A program made the position numbers and the translations under genes. Shown one piece after another: positions 30,811 through 40,187 of a stretch of DNA of 64,000 nt. A model generated the notes under the pieces. The model worked only from the letters and a program-made list of their open reading frames with translations, did not search any database and had not been told where the DNA came from. Origin of the DNA: Chitinophagaceae bacterium (lineage in GTDB: Bacteria; Bacteroidota; Bacteroidia; Chitinophagales; Chitinophagaceae); the NCBI GenBank assembly GCA_031427745.1, contig JANPNY010000721.1, positions 618-64,617 on the forward strand, written 5' to 3'. Position 1 is the stretch's first letter, and the number at the start of each line of letters is the position of its first letter.

Positions 30811-31449
30811 GATAAAAATTTTAAGATTAATAATAAGCTTACAGCCTAATTCATAATCTTTCAACGGATATAAATACAAAAAAATTTTAAAGAAATAAAC
30901 TTAACAGGGGATATTGCCTTTTCAGGATATTGATTTATAAGAGGATACTAAATATTATGGTATCTGGTTTTTAATAGAAACTGGTGTATTAAAATCTGAT
31001 TGGAGAGCAAACATAGGCAATATCTTCTCAAGATAAAAAAAAGTTTTGCTATTTTTCGATGATTTTGAAAAAAAATGAAAAAAATCTATTCAAATTATGT
31101 GCTAATTAAAATCTATCTAAGTTCAATGCCTGTAAACTAGAAATTATAGAGATTTTTCAAAAATGAATTGAACGCAGCTATTTGTTATTTAAAAAAATAA
31201 TAGACTTGAAAATTATTGAGTGGCAAACCAGTACAACATAGTCATTCCTAGAGAACTTTAATTTTTATAATTGTAATTACTATAAAAAAAATTACAAAAA
31301 GAAATTTAGTTAAAATCGAGTTTAATAGTAAATCAAAAACCTTAAAAAATTCTTCCTTTTCAGCTCCCACTGGCCGGTAATTAGAGAGGAGTGATTGGCT
31401 ATTCAAAAAAATAAAGCAAAAAAAATACAAATTTTAACAAATTCGGCAT

Positions 31450-31457
31450 TATATTTG
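31450..31457 (+). promoter_or_regulatory. Bacteroidota -7 promoter element upstream of the second beta-helix T9SS gene
   Basis: TATATTTG matches TAnnTTTG, approx. 155 nt before ATG 31613; the region is AT-rich so chance matches are possible. Confidence 0.4.
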
Positions 31458-31612
31458 TCACCTATCTGTCCAATTCTTCTACCCTTTTGTGAAATTATTT
31501 CCCCAAAAATTCTATTTAACGATCGTTATCCCATTAGAAAATCACTTATTAAAGATAATTGTATGTTGTGCGATGTACAATTTCTCATTTATGTTAAATT
31601 ATTTAGAATTTT

Positions 31613-34600
31613 ATGAAACCAATAGTAAAGGGTAAGTCGGGGTGGAAATCACTATGTAAGTGTATTTTAATTTTTTTGTTACTTCTATCTACCCAGGTGC
31701 AGGGTAAAAATTATTATATTTCTGCCAGTGGTAATAATTCCAACGATGGCCTAACTGTTGCTACACCATGGCAAACTATTTCGAAAGTAAACAGCTTTGT
31801 ATTTGGTTGGGGAGATTTTGTTCTTTTTAAAAGAGGAGACACTTTTTATGGAAGCATAGTTGTTAGCCGAAGTAATTTAAATTTTGGTGCATATGGAACT
31901 GGTGCCAAACCCATCATTACCGGCCTGTCTACAGTAACAGGTTGGGTTAATTTAGGTGGCAATATTTGGGAAGCCCCTGTAACCAATGTGCCGATTGGCG
32001 TTAATTTAGTTTTACGGGACGGAACAATACAACAAATAGGCAGATACCCAAATACTGATGCACCAAACGGAGGGTACCTTACCTATACCGCAGCAACTAC
32101 TACATCTATCACAGGACCTGCACTCTCAACAACAACCAACTGGACTGGGGCAGAGGTTGCCATAAGGCTTAATCGCTGGGACATTAGAAAACAAATTATT
32201 ACCGTACACTCGGGCGGAGTTATTTCTTTTGCAAGTAACGTCGAAATTCCACGCTTGAACTATGGGTATTTCTTTCAACGTGATGCCAAAACATTGGATA
32301 AGGATGGTGAATGGTGGCACAATGAAAAAGAAAGCAAATTAAGAATGTTTTTTGGAAACAATAATCCTGTACTGTACAATATACAAATTGCCACAATAGA
32401 CACCTTGTTTAAAATTGAATACTTTAATAGTGAAGTAGTAAGCGACTTGGCATTTTATGGCGCTGGTAAAAGAGCAATATGGACTCACGGTGGTGTTGGT
32501 ATTACCATCAAAAATTGTGATGTAATCAACAGCGGGGCTGAAGCCATTACCTGTTTATTTTCTCTTAATGCTACTGTAGATAATTGTACCACAACGAATA
32601 GCTTAGGTTCGGGCATAAGGATGTTAAATAATGATAACGAAATTTCCAATATATTGGTTAAAAACTGTACAACGACAAATACCGCATATATAGTCGGTAT
32701 GGAAACCAGTGGTGACCATAATTCCGGCGCAGGTATAGCCTGCCAAAAAGGCGATGGTATTACCATACAAAATAACACTATTACGAACTCTGGCTACATT
32801 GGTATATCATGGCAGGGTGATAACGTTATTATAAAAAATAATTTCATTAATACTTTCTGCACGCTGAGAGATGATGGAGGTGCTATTTATACTGTTGAAA
32901 ATGCAGGAAGTAATTTGCCAACCCGTAACAATAGAAAAATTATTGGCAATATAATGATCAATGGCCGTGGGAATAACAACGGAACCAACAACCCTAAAGG
33001 TAACAGTGCAAGAGGACTTTATTTCGATTTAGGAACCAGAACTGTTGTTGCAGACTCTAATACTGTTATAAATGTAGTTGGCGGCGCATTTCATGGAAAT
33101 AACAATGCCAGTCTTACAATAACAAACAACGTGTTCTTTAACACCAATGGATATTCGTCGCAAAGATTTGCTAATGCCCCATCTGTTAGGAACATGACTA
33201 TCAAGAAAAACATAGTGTACCCATATAGATTTGAGTACAGAAACCTGGGTATCAATTTACCGGTTATTACAAAAGAAGCTGATATCCTTGCCATGGGTTT
33301 AATTGACAGCAATTATTATTCGTTAAGAAACGGAATTGATACATCTCTATTAACTGTTACAACCAATGCGGATGGTACCGGGTACCGGGAAGGATTTTTT
33401 GCGTTCCCTTATTTAACAGGAACGATTGGAATCGAAAAAAAATCAATAAACGTAGTTAATACCGGAACATTAGAATATAATGCCAGTAACACAGCTATAA
33501 TTGTTCAATTTTCAGGCTTAAGTAAAAAGGATGTGTTCGGAAACGTTTACAACAATTCTGCTACTATACCAGCATGGAGAAGTATGGTGCTTATTCCCAA
33601 TGGAACAACTACCCCAAATAAAGCGCCTGTTGCAAATGCAGGCGCCGACAAAACAATCATTTTACCTACGGATAGTACTACTTTAACCGGAACAGCTACT
33701 GATTCAGATGGCACTATTTTAAGTTATGCATGGTTGAAAGTATCAGGGCCTTCCAATGGAACTATTGCTTCACCCACTAGTGCCAGTACAACAATAAATA
33801 GTTTAGTACAAGGGATTTATAAATTTGAATTGACAGTTACAGATAATAATGGAGCTACGGGAAAAGACACCGTTCAAATAACTGTAAATATAACTGGCAA
33901 CCAAATGCCTAAAGCAAATGCCGGATCAGACAAAACTATTACTTTGCCCACCAACAGCACAACACTAACAGGAACGGGAACAGATACTGATGGAACTATT
34001 TCAGTTTATGCGTGGGCTAAAATAGCAGTACCTTCCTCCGGAACTATTACATCACCTACTGTTGCAAGTACTACAATAACTAGTTTGGCACAAGGTATTT
34101 ATCAATTTGAATTAAAAGTGACAGATAATGGCGGAGTTGTTGGAAGAGACACTCTGCAGGTAACTGTAAATGCAGCCATTAATCAAACACCAATTGCAAA
34201 CGCAGGAGCAGACATATTAATAACACTACCCGCCAACAGCACAACACTAACAGGAACGGGAACAGATACTGATGGAACTATTTCAAGTTATGCATGGGCT
34301 AAAATTTCAGGACCTGCGTCTGGGTCTATTGCATCACCTGCTGCTGCAAATACTGCAATCAATAATTTGGTGCAAGGTGTTTATCAATTTGAATTAAAGG
34401 TAACAGATAACGGAGGAGCAACCGGAAAAGACACTGTGCAGGTAACTGTAAATGCCGCCATTAACCAACCGCCCATTGCAAACGCAGGAACAGATCAAGA
34501 AATAACATTACCTACCAACAGCATTTTGTTAACCGGCATCGGAACAGACGCAGATGGCATCGTTGCGAGTTATGCATGGACAAAAATATCAGGGCCTGCC

Positions 34601-36757
34601 TCTGGAACCATTGCATCACCTGCCACTGCAAGTACGGCAATAAATAATTTGGTGCAAGGTACTTATCAATTTGAGTTGAGAGTAACAGATAATAGTGGCG
34701 CTGTAGAAAAAGATACAATGCAGGTAACGGTGAATCCACAGCCTGTTAGCGCTAAACTTACTACTGCTGCAATTGAAACGATAAATTGCTCTGGCAACAG
34801 TTCAACCGTAAATGTAACTGCTAATGGGGGAGTTGCTCCTTATACCGGGACTGGCAGTTTTAATGCTGATGCAGGAAAGGGAACATTAAAAATTTCCTTC
34901 CCCACCAGTGTTTCAACTACCCAAACTACAATTTATTTTAAAGTCGGTAACGTTGTTGCCGGAAAAAGTTATGTATTAAGATTTACTACTTTAGGTTCAA
35001 CGGATAATGTACCAATGGATATTACGCTCAAAAAGTACGTGTCACCTTTTACCTCTCTTGCAACTTCAAAAACTACCACTTTTGGAACGTCGATAAAACA
35101 ACATGAATTTATTTTTACTCCAACCATTTCAGATACGGATTCAAGAATTGATTTGTGGCTAACCCAGAATTCAGGAATTACCTACCTGGATAATATTGCC
35201 TTTTTTGAGGCAGACACAACCGGGCGACTCACAAGTAATAATGTAGTTCCTAAAGGACAATTTGAAACTGATATTAGTGCAATTCGCTTCTGGAGTTCAA
35301 ACAACAACCAACTGGTGCAGTGGGATAATACAAGCAAAATAGGTAACATTAATTATTATACGGTTACTGATTCTTCGGGTAGTGTATCTACTGTTGGTTT
35401 GCCTATAAAGCAATCTGCAACAGTATTAGCTGCTGCGGTTTTATCAGAAGGTTCACATATTTTAACTGTTTCTGCAACAGGGGGCACTTCACCCTACACA
35501 GGCACAGGTACGTTTACAGCAGTACTTGGTCTTAACTTATTTGTTGTGACTGATGCAAACGGATGTACTGCAACTATAAGTATAAATATACCTCCTTTAG
35601 CTGCTATTGTTATCGAGTCCCCGGTAAATTGCTCCGGTACAACATCTTCTGTTACTGTTTCAGCCAACGGCGGAACAAGCCCATATACAGGCACGGGAAT
35701 TTTTAATACCAATGCAGGAAAGGGAACATTAAAAATTTCCTTTCCAACCAGTGTTTCAACTACCCAAACTACAATTTATTTTAAAGTCGGTAACGTTGTT
35801 GCCGGAAAAAGTTATGTATTAAGATTTACTACGTTAGGTTCCATGGATAATGTACCAATGGATATAACGCTCAAAAAATACGTGTCACCTTTTACCTCTC
35901 TTGCAACTTCAAAAACCACCAATTTTGGAACGTCGATAAAACAACATGAATTAATTTTTACTCCAACCATTTCAGATACGGATTCAAGAATTGATTTGTG
36001 GCTAACCCAGAATTCAGGAATTACCTACCTGGATAATATTGCCTTTTTTGAGGTAGACGCAACCGGGCGACTCATAAGTAATAATGTAGTTCCCAAAGGA
36101 CAATTTGAAACAGACATTAGTGCTATTCGCTTCTGGAGTTCAAACAGCAATCAACTGGTACAATGGGATAATTCAAGTAAAATAGGCAACATTAATTATT
36201 ATACGGTTACTGATGCTGATGGTAGTATATCTATTGTTGGTTTGCCTATAAAACAATCTGCTACAATATTAACAGCAACTGTTTCGCAGAGTTCAAATAA
36301 TTTGATTGTTTCAGCAACAGGTGGCACTTCACCTTACACAGGCACAGGTACGTTTACAGCAGTACTTGGTCTCAACACATTTGTTGTGACTGATGCAAAC
36401 GGATGTACTGCAACTACAAGTTTAAATGTAACTCAACTTTCCGCAGCAAGAGTATCGGTTAGAACTACACCTACCGCAGTTGCAGTTCTAAATACAGAAA
36501 ACTCATTACAGACATTTAAAATTAGTTGTTTCCCAAATCCCGCTTTTAATGAGTTTGGATTATTAGTAGAAGGTAAAAACAATGAAAAAATAAATGTTTC
36601 AATAATAAGTGAAGATGGCAGGATTGTATTCCACACTACAGGAATGGCCAATAAAAAATATAAGTTTGGTGAAGATTTTGCCGCTGGCATATATGTAATC
36701 AAAGTAACAAATGGCAATGATTCCAAAACACTAAAGATTATTAAATCTTCCAGGTAA
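31613..36757 (+). CDS. T9SS-secreted protein: beta-helix head + 4 PKD-like repeats + 2 SprB-like/CBM-like modules + CTD (1714 aa), paralog of 20891..27670
   Basis: YYISASGNNSNDGLTVATPWQTISKVN, DDGGAIYT, GLYFDLG; 4 PKD-like repeats; GGTSPYTGTG...VTDANGC repeats; CFPNP...AAGIYVIKV...LKIIK CTD. Confidence 0.92.
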   Translation: MKPIVKGKSGWKSLCKCILIFLLLLSTQVQGKNYYISASGNNSNDGLTVATPWQTISKVNSFVFGWGDFVLFKRGDTFYGSIVVSRSNLNFGAYGTGAKPIITGLSTVTGWVNLGGNIWEAPVTNVPIGVNLVLRDGTIQQIGRYPNTDAPNGGYLTYTAATTTSITGPALSTTTNWTGAEVAIRLNRWDIRKQIITVHSGGVISFASNVEIPRLNYGYFFQRDAKTLDKDGEWWHNEKESKLRMFFGNNNPVLYNIQIATIDTLFKIEYFNSEVVSDLAFYGAGKRAIWTHGGVGITIKNCDVINSGAEAITCLFSLNATVDNCTTTNSLGSGIRMLNNDNEISNILVKNCTTTNTAYIVGMETSGDHNSGAGIACQKGDGITIQNNTITNSGYIGISWQGDNVIIKNNFINTFCTLRDDGGAIYTVENAGSNLPTRNNRKIIGNIMINGRGNNNGTNNPKGNSARGLYFDLGTRTVVADSNTVINVVGGAFHGNNNASLTITNNVFFNTNGYSSQRFANAPSVRNMTIKKNIVYPYRFEYRNLGINLPVITKEADILAMGLIDSNYYSLRNGIDTSLLTVTTNADGTGYREGFFAFPYLTGTIGIEKKSINVVNTGTLEYNASNTAIIVQFSGLSKKDVFGNVYNNSATIPAWRSMVLIPNGTTTPNKAPVANAGADKTIILPTDSTTLTGTATDSDGTILSYAWLKVSGPSNGTIASPTSASTTINSLVQGIYKFELTVTDNNGATGKDTVQITVNITGNQMPKANAGSDKTITLPTNSTTLTGTGTDTDGTISVYAWAKIAVPSSGTITSPTVASTTITSLAQGIYQFELKVTDNGGVVGRDTLQVTVNAAINQTPIANAGADILITLPANSTTLTGTGTDTDGTISSYAWAKISGPASGSIASPAAANTAINNLVQGVYQFELKVTDNGGATGKDTVQVTVNAAINQPPIANAGTDQEITLPTNSILLTGIGTDADGIVASYAWTKISGPASGTIASPATASTAINNLVQGTYQFELRVTDNSGAVEKDTMQVTVNPQPVSAKLTTAAIETINCSGNSSTVNVTANGGVAPYTGTGSFNADAGKGTLKISFPTSVSTTQTTIYFKVGNVVAGKSYVLRFTTLGSTDNVPMDITLKKYVSPFTSLATSKTTTFGTSIKQHEFIFTPTISDTDSRIDLWLTQNSGITYLDNIAFFEADTTGRLTSNNVVPKGQFETDISAIRFWSSNNNQLVQWDNTSKIGNINYYTVTDSSGSVSTVGLPIKQSATVLAAAVLSEGSHILTVSATGGTSPYTGTGTFTAVLGLNLFVVTDANGCTATISINIPPLAAIVIESPVNCSGTTSSVTVSANGGTSPYTGTGIFNTNAGKGTLKISFPTSVSTTQTTIYFKVGNVVAGKSYVLRFTTLGSMDNVPMDITLKKYVSPFTSLATSKTTNFGTSIKQHELIFTPTISDTDSRIDLWLTQNSGITYLDNIAFFEVDATGRLISNNVVPKGQFETDISAIRFWSSNSNQLVQWDNSSKIGNINYYTVTDADGSISIVGLPIKQSATILTATVSQSSNNLIVSATGGTSPYTGTGTFTAVLGLNTFVVTDANGCTATTSLNVTQLSAARVSVRTTPTAVAVLNTENSLQTFKISCFPNPAFNEFGLLVEGKNNEKINVSIISEDGRIVFHTTGMANKKYKFGEDFAAGIYVIKVTNGNDSKTLKIIKSSR
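33614..34740 (+). repeat. 4 tandem PKD/Ig-like coding repeats
   Basis: PNKAPVANAG, NQMPKANAG, NQTPIANAG, NQPPIANAG units; some identical DNA stretches (e.g. acaacactaacaggaacgggaacagatactgatggaactatttca in units 2 and 3). Confidence 0.88.
34781..36420 (+). repeat. Near-identical approx. 840-bp intragenic tandem duplication
   Basis: gcaggaaagggaacattaaaaatttcc at 34871 and 35714 (period 843); ggatgtactgcaacta at 35561 and 36401 (period 840); long identical stretches in between. Confidence 0.92.
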
Positions 36758-36775
36758 ATATTTTCATGATAACAA

Positions 36776-36815
36776 AAAACCCCATATGCTTGCCGGCAAT
36801 GGGGTTTTACTTTTT
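36776..36815. terminator. Bidirectional rho-independent terminator
   Basis: AAAACCCCAT...ATGGGGTTTT stem with A-run before and T-run after, between convergent genes. Confidence 0.75.
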
Positions 36816-36874
36816 ATTAATTTAAGTAATAATATCTACTTATTACTGTCGATTCTAAAAGTTACAAATAATAG

Positions 36875-37843
36875 TTAGCTTTTATCATAAGCTAAAGCTA
36901 ATAGCTGGTCGATGTAATTTCTGATCTTCATTTCATTATCAACTGTACGGCTTGATATCAAAGGAAGTAGATTGCTTGATTTTGTGTAAAATTGGAAACA
37001 ATCAACCAGTTCGGCAGGCATAGGTATCGTTTTTATCAGCACATCTGATTTTGTTTTTATGCCTTTTTCTACAAATGCTGTTGCCACAATATCAGCAATC
37101 ATTTGAGTTGAAATCGGATTATTTCCTCCTAAATCATAAATTCCATTAGACACAGTATCATCTCTCAATATTTCAATAATTACATCTGCAACATCTTCTA
37201 CCCAAACATAGTCACGCTGAATTTGCCTGTCGAAAATATCAATAAATCCATTATCACGAATAAAACTAAAAAACCGAAATGGAAGACTGGCATTTTTGCC
37301 TTTATGAAATTCTCCCATACCAAAAATATTAAAGAACCTAAGCCCAATTACCCGATTTTTATAGGAAGCTAAATTGGCATCAACATGCTTATCGAAAAGC
37401 CATTTAGACCAGGCATAAATATTATGAGGATCCTGTTGATTTTCTTTGTTTGCTCCTTTTTGTGGTGCATTGCCATAGATAGCAGAACTTGAAGCATAAA
37501 TCAGCGGAATATTTTGTTCCTGGGCTATTTCAAGATAAAATTTACTGTGCTCGTAATTTGTTTCTAACATTAAGTCAGCGTCCTTTATTAAAACATCCGC
37601 ATTTGCGCCAATGTGAATAATAGCTGATATGTCGTATTTTTTAAAAGTATTTTTTAAAAAGGCAGTGCCTTGTTTGTACGATAAATAATCTACAAAAGAC
37701 AATGACTTTAAGTTTTTGAACTTTTGTTCATCGTAATTATCAACAATAATTATATTTTTTAGGCCAAGATCATTTAACTTTTTAACGATGTTAGAACCAA
37801 GGAATCCGCAACCGCCTGTTACGATGATTGTCTTATGCTTCAT
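36875..37843 (-). CDS. hldD: NDP-heptose 6-epimerase (ADP-L-glycero-D-manno-heptose-6-epimerase-like SDR)
   Basis: IIVTGGCGFLGSNIVKKLND, IVDN, YASSSAIYG, NIYAWSKWLFD (YxxxK), GLRFFNIFG...EFHKG...AS, matching the HldD/RfaD pattern. Confidence 0.8.
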   Translation of the reverse strand: MKHKTIIVTGGCGFLGSNIVKKLNDLGLKNIIIVDNYDEQKFKNLKSLSFVDYLSYKQGTAFLKNTFKKYDISAIIHIGANADVLIKDADLMLETNYEHSKFYLEIAQEQNIPLIYASSSAIYGNAPQKGANKENQQDPHNIYAWSKWLFDKHVDANLASYKNRVIGLRFFNIFGMGEFHKGKNASLPFRFFSFIRDNGFIDIFDRQIQRDYVWVEDVADVIIEILRDDTVSNGIYDLGGNNPISTQMIADIVATAFVEKGIKTKSDVLIKTIPMPAELVDCFQFYTKSSNLLPLISSRTVDNEMKIRNYIDQLLALAYDKS

Positions 37844-38165
37844 AAATTGAAATTTAAATATTTTAAAGTATTTTAAAAAGTGCTTAATCGATTTAGAAAC
37901 GTAGATATCGGCTAATTATTTACTTGGATATTAAATAAATAATAATTGTGCCACTCTTGATGCTTCTCCTCAACAGATGTAAAAACTACAACATACATAT
38001 TTGTTGTTAGCACCGGAGCACTGGAAAAATTTAAGACAAACGGATTGGATTTTAAGTACGTCAATGCCAACCTGCTGTATCTCTACCAAACCCAGCCAAC
38101 AAAATCTTTACTGATTTTCCACCAACAAATGCTAACCTAAAATAAAATTCAGTTTGATATAAAAA

Positions 38166-39371
38166 CTACTTTACAGGATAATGCATTTTGTAAAAACCCA
38201 AGGTGCTTTTTGCAATGTTCGACCATGAAAACTCCCCCTGCTGAAAATTACTGATGTTAACACCCATTTTATCCCGGAGTTCTTTATTGGAGATAAAATT
38301 TCCAATGGCCTCTGCAAAAGACGGAGCATCTATTTTGTCCACTAGTATTCCATTTATATTGTGCTCAATTACTTCAGTAAACCCACCAATATTGCTTGCA
38401 ATAATTGGTTTATTAAAAGGAAAAACCGTCATCGGTATACCACTTTGTGAGGCAGAACGGTAAGGACAAACAACCACCGTACTGTTTTTTATCAAGTCGA
38501 TGATTTCTTCGTTACTCACAGAATAATTAAGGAATTCGTAGCTATCAATTCCTTCAAAACTAAAATAAGATTCTCCACCTCCAGCAACAATTAAATGCAC
38601 GGGCTGGTTTTTTTGAATAATCTTTACTGCATCAATTAAAATATCGATCCCTTTATAAGGAACTACCCTGCCTATGTGGAGAATTACCGGAATAGATTTG
38701 TCGATCAATTTTCTCGATGTATTCAATTGTGCAGGTACAAAATGCAGATAAGTTTCGTGTACACTAAATCTTATAATGATGGTTTGATCCTTTTCAAGAT
38801 CTGATGAAGTGATAGAAGAACGATAACTAACAAAGCGATCTTTTGATGTTTGAGAATGAAAGATTATGGGAATATTTCTCTCTATTAATCTATTCAAAAT
38901 TCTGATATTGTAAGAGCCGGTATTGCTACTTTGATGGGCTGTTACTTCATGTAAAGTTTGAATTAGATTTTGTTTTCTTAAAAAGTGTAACAATAGCAAA
39001 GAAAACCGGTTGGCTGAATGAATTAAGTGAACCACATCGTATTTACCCTTAATTATTTGTTGACTAAATTTCCATGCATAATATATATCAGGGAAAAATG
39101 CCTTTTTGCCACCACCTGCGGGAAACACAAAAAATTTTGTTTTAACCTTTGACAGGTATTCACAAAGACTTTTCCCCATCTTCTTATATAAAATATCGCT
39201 ATCAACAAACCCATATGGTTGCTTATTTTTGGAAAAATCCACTACAAAAACATTTTGATTGAATTTGGGCATTATTCCAAATAAATGCACATCTACATTT
39301 TCTTCCGCCAGGTGCTTTGTTAAAGGCATTGTTGCATCAATAGAATATGCAGAAATTAAGGCAACTTTCAT
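38166..39371 (-). CDS. Glycosyltransferase family 4
   Basis: TLHEV, HIGRVVPYKGIDILI, CPYRSASQSGIP, PIIASNIGGFTE. Confidence 0.92.
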   Translation of the reverse strand: MKVALISAYSIDATMPLTKHLAEENVDVHLFGIMPKFNQNVFVVDFSKNKQPYGFVDSDILYKKMGKSLCEYLSKVKTKFFVFPAGGGKKAFFPDIYYAWKFSQQIIKGKYDVVHLIHSANRFSLLLLHFLRKQNLIQTLHEVTAHQSSNTGSYNIRILNRLIERNIPIIFHSQTSKDRFVSYRSSITSSDLEKDQTIIIRFSVHETYLHFVPAQLNTSRKLIDKSIPVILHIGRVVPYKGIDILIDAVKIIQKNQPVHLIVAGGGESYFSFEGIDSYEFLNYSVSNEEIIDLIKNSTVVVCPYRSASQSGIPMTVFPFNKPIIASNIGGFTEVIEHNINGILVDKIDAPSFAEAIGNFISNKELRDKMGVNISNFQQGEFSWSNIAKSTLGFYKMHYPVK

Positions 39372-39602
39372 TGTAAACTATTTTTATTATTTCTGCTTAA
39401 TTGATTATTTTACTGAGGCCGAATCAGGTACGATTGTATCCAGTAAGTGTAACATTTTAAACAAACAAAATTATTAAGCAATAAGTCTTAGAAAGGACAT
39501 CAAAAGATCGGATAGATAGATCTCTGCTTATAAAGCAAAAATCTATCATCAGAAATCTATTTCATTTCCTAGTGTAATTTTTTTAAAAAGTATCTAATCT
39601 GG

Positions 39603-40187
39603 TTAAACCGCAAATAAGGTAGCCTCAACAATTTCACAAATTGTATGGCCAACTGTAATATGAGCTTCCTGAATCCTGGGCGTATCATTGCTGGGTATTC
39701 TAATCAAATGGTCAGTTTCTCCAACCATTTTTCCACCCGATTGCCCTGCAAGTCCAACAGTTATCATTCCTTTAGCACGTGCAACTGTAAATGCCTTTAA
39801 AATATTAGGAGAATTACCGGATGTTGAAATTCCAATAAGAACATCGCCAGACTTACCAATTGCCTGCACCAAACGGGAGTAAACATTTTCATAACCATAG
39901 TCATTTCCAACAGCGGTCATAAAAGAGGTGTTGCAATGCAACGCTTCGGATGGCAGCGGCTGCCGGTCTAAATAAAACCGTCCGGAAAACTCTGCTGCTA
40001 AGTGCTGAGCGTCTGCAGCGCTTCCGCCATTACCACAAAAGTAAACGGAGTTTCCGTTCTTAAATGCGGTTACAATAATCTGTGCTATAGCATCTATTTG
40101 CGCTAGCATATGCTCATCATTACAGATGGCTAACTTAACATCTGCCGATGCAGTTAATCTTTGTTTAATCAATTCTTTATTTTGCAT
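39603..40187 (-). CDS. gmhA: Sedoheptulose-7-phosphate isomerase (phosphoheptose isomerase)
   Basis: CGNGGSAADAQHLAAEFSGRF, TAVGNDYG, GISTSGNS, TPRIQEAHI; start estimated at ATG 40187 (40193 also possible). Confidence 0.95.
   Translation of the reverse strand: MQNKELIKQRLTASADVKLAICNDEHMLAQIDAIAQIIVTAFKNGNSVYFCGNGGSAADAQHLAAEFSGRFYLDRQPLPSEALHCNTSFMTAVGNDYGYENVYSRLVQAIGKSGDVLIGISTSGNSPNILKAFTVARAKGMITVGLAGQSGGKMVGETDHLIRIPSNDTPRIQEAHITVGHTICEIVEATLFAV

Noticed and set aside
30811-31200. Guanidine riboswitch upstream of the YqcI/DUF1989 pair
   Set aside because: No ykkC-type conserved motifs or paired ACGR hairpins visible in this AT-rich stretch; an Infernal/Rfam scan would be decisive
37844-38165. 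Possible gmhB/hddC pseudogene remnant in the 320-bp gap before hldD
   Set aside because: Manual translation of several frames gave only short ORFs without HAD or nucleotidyltransferase motifs
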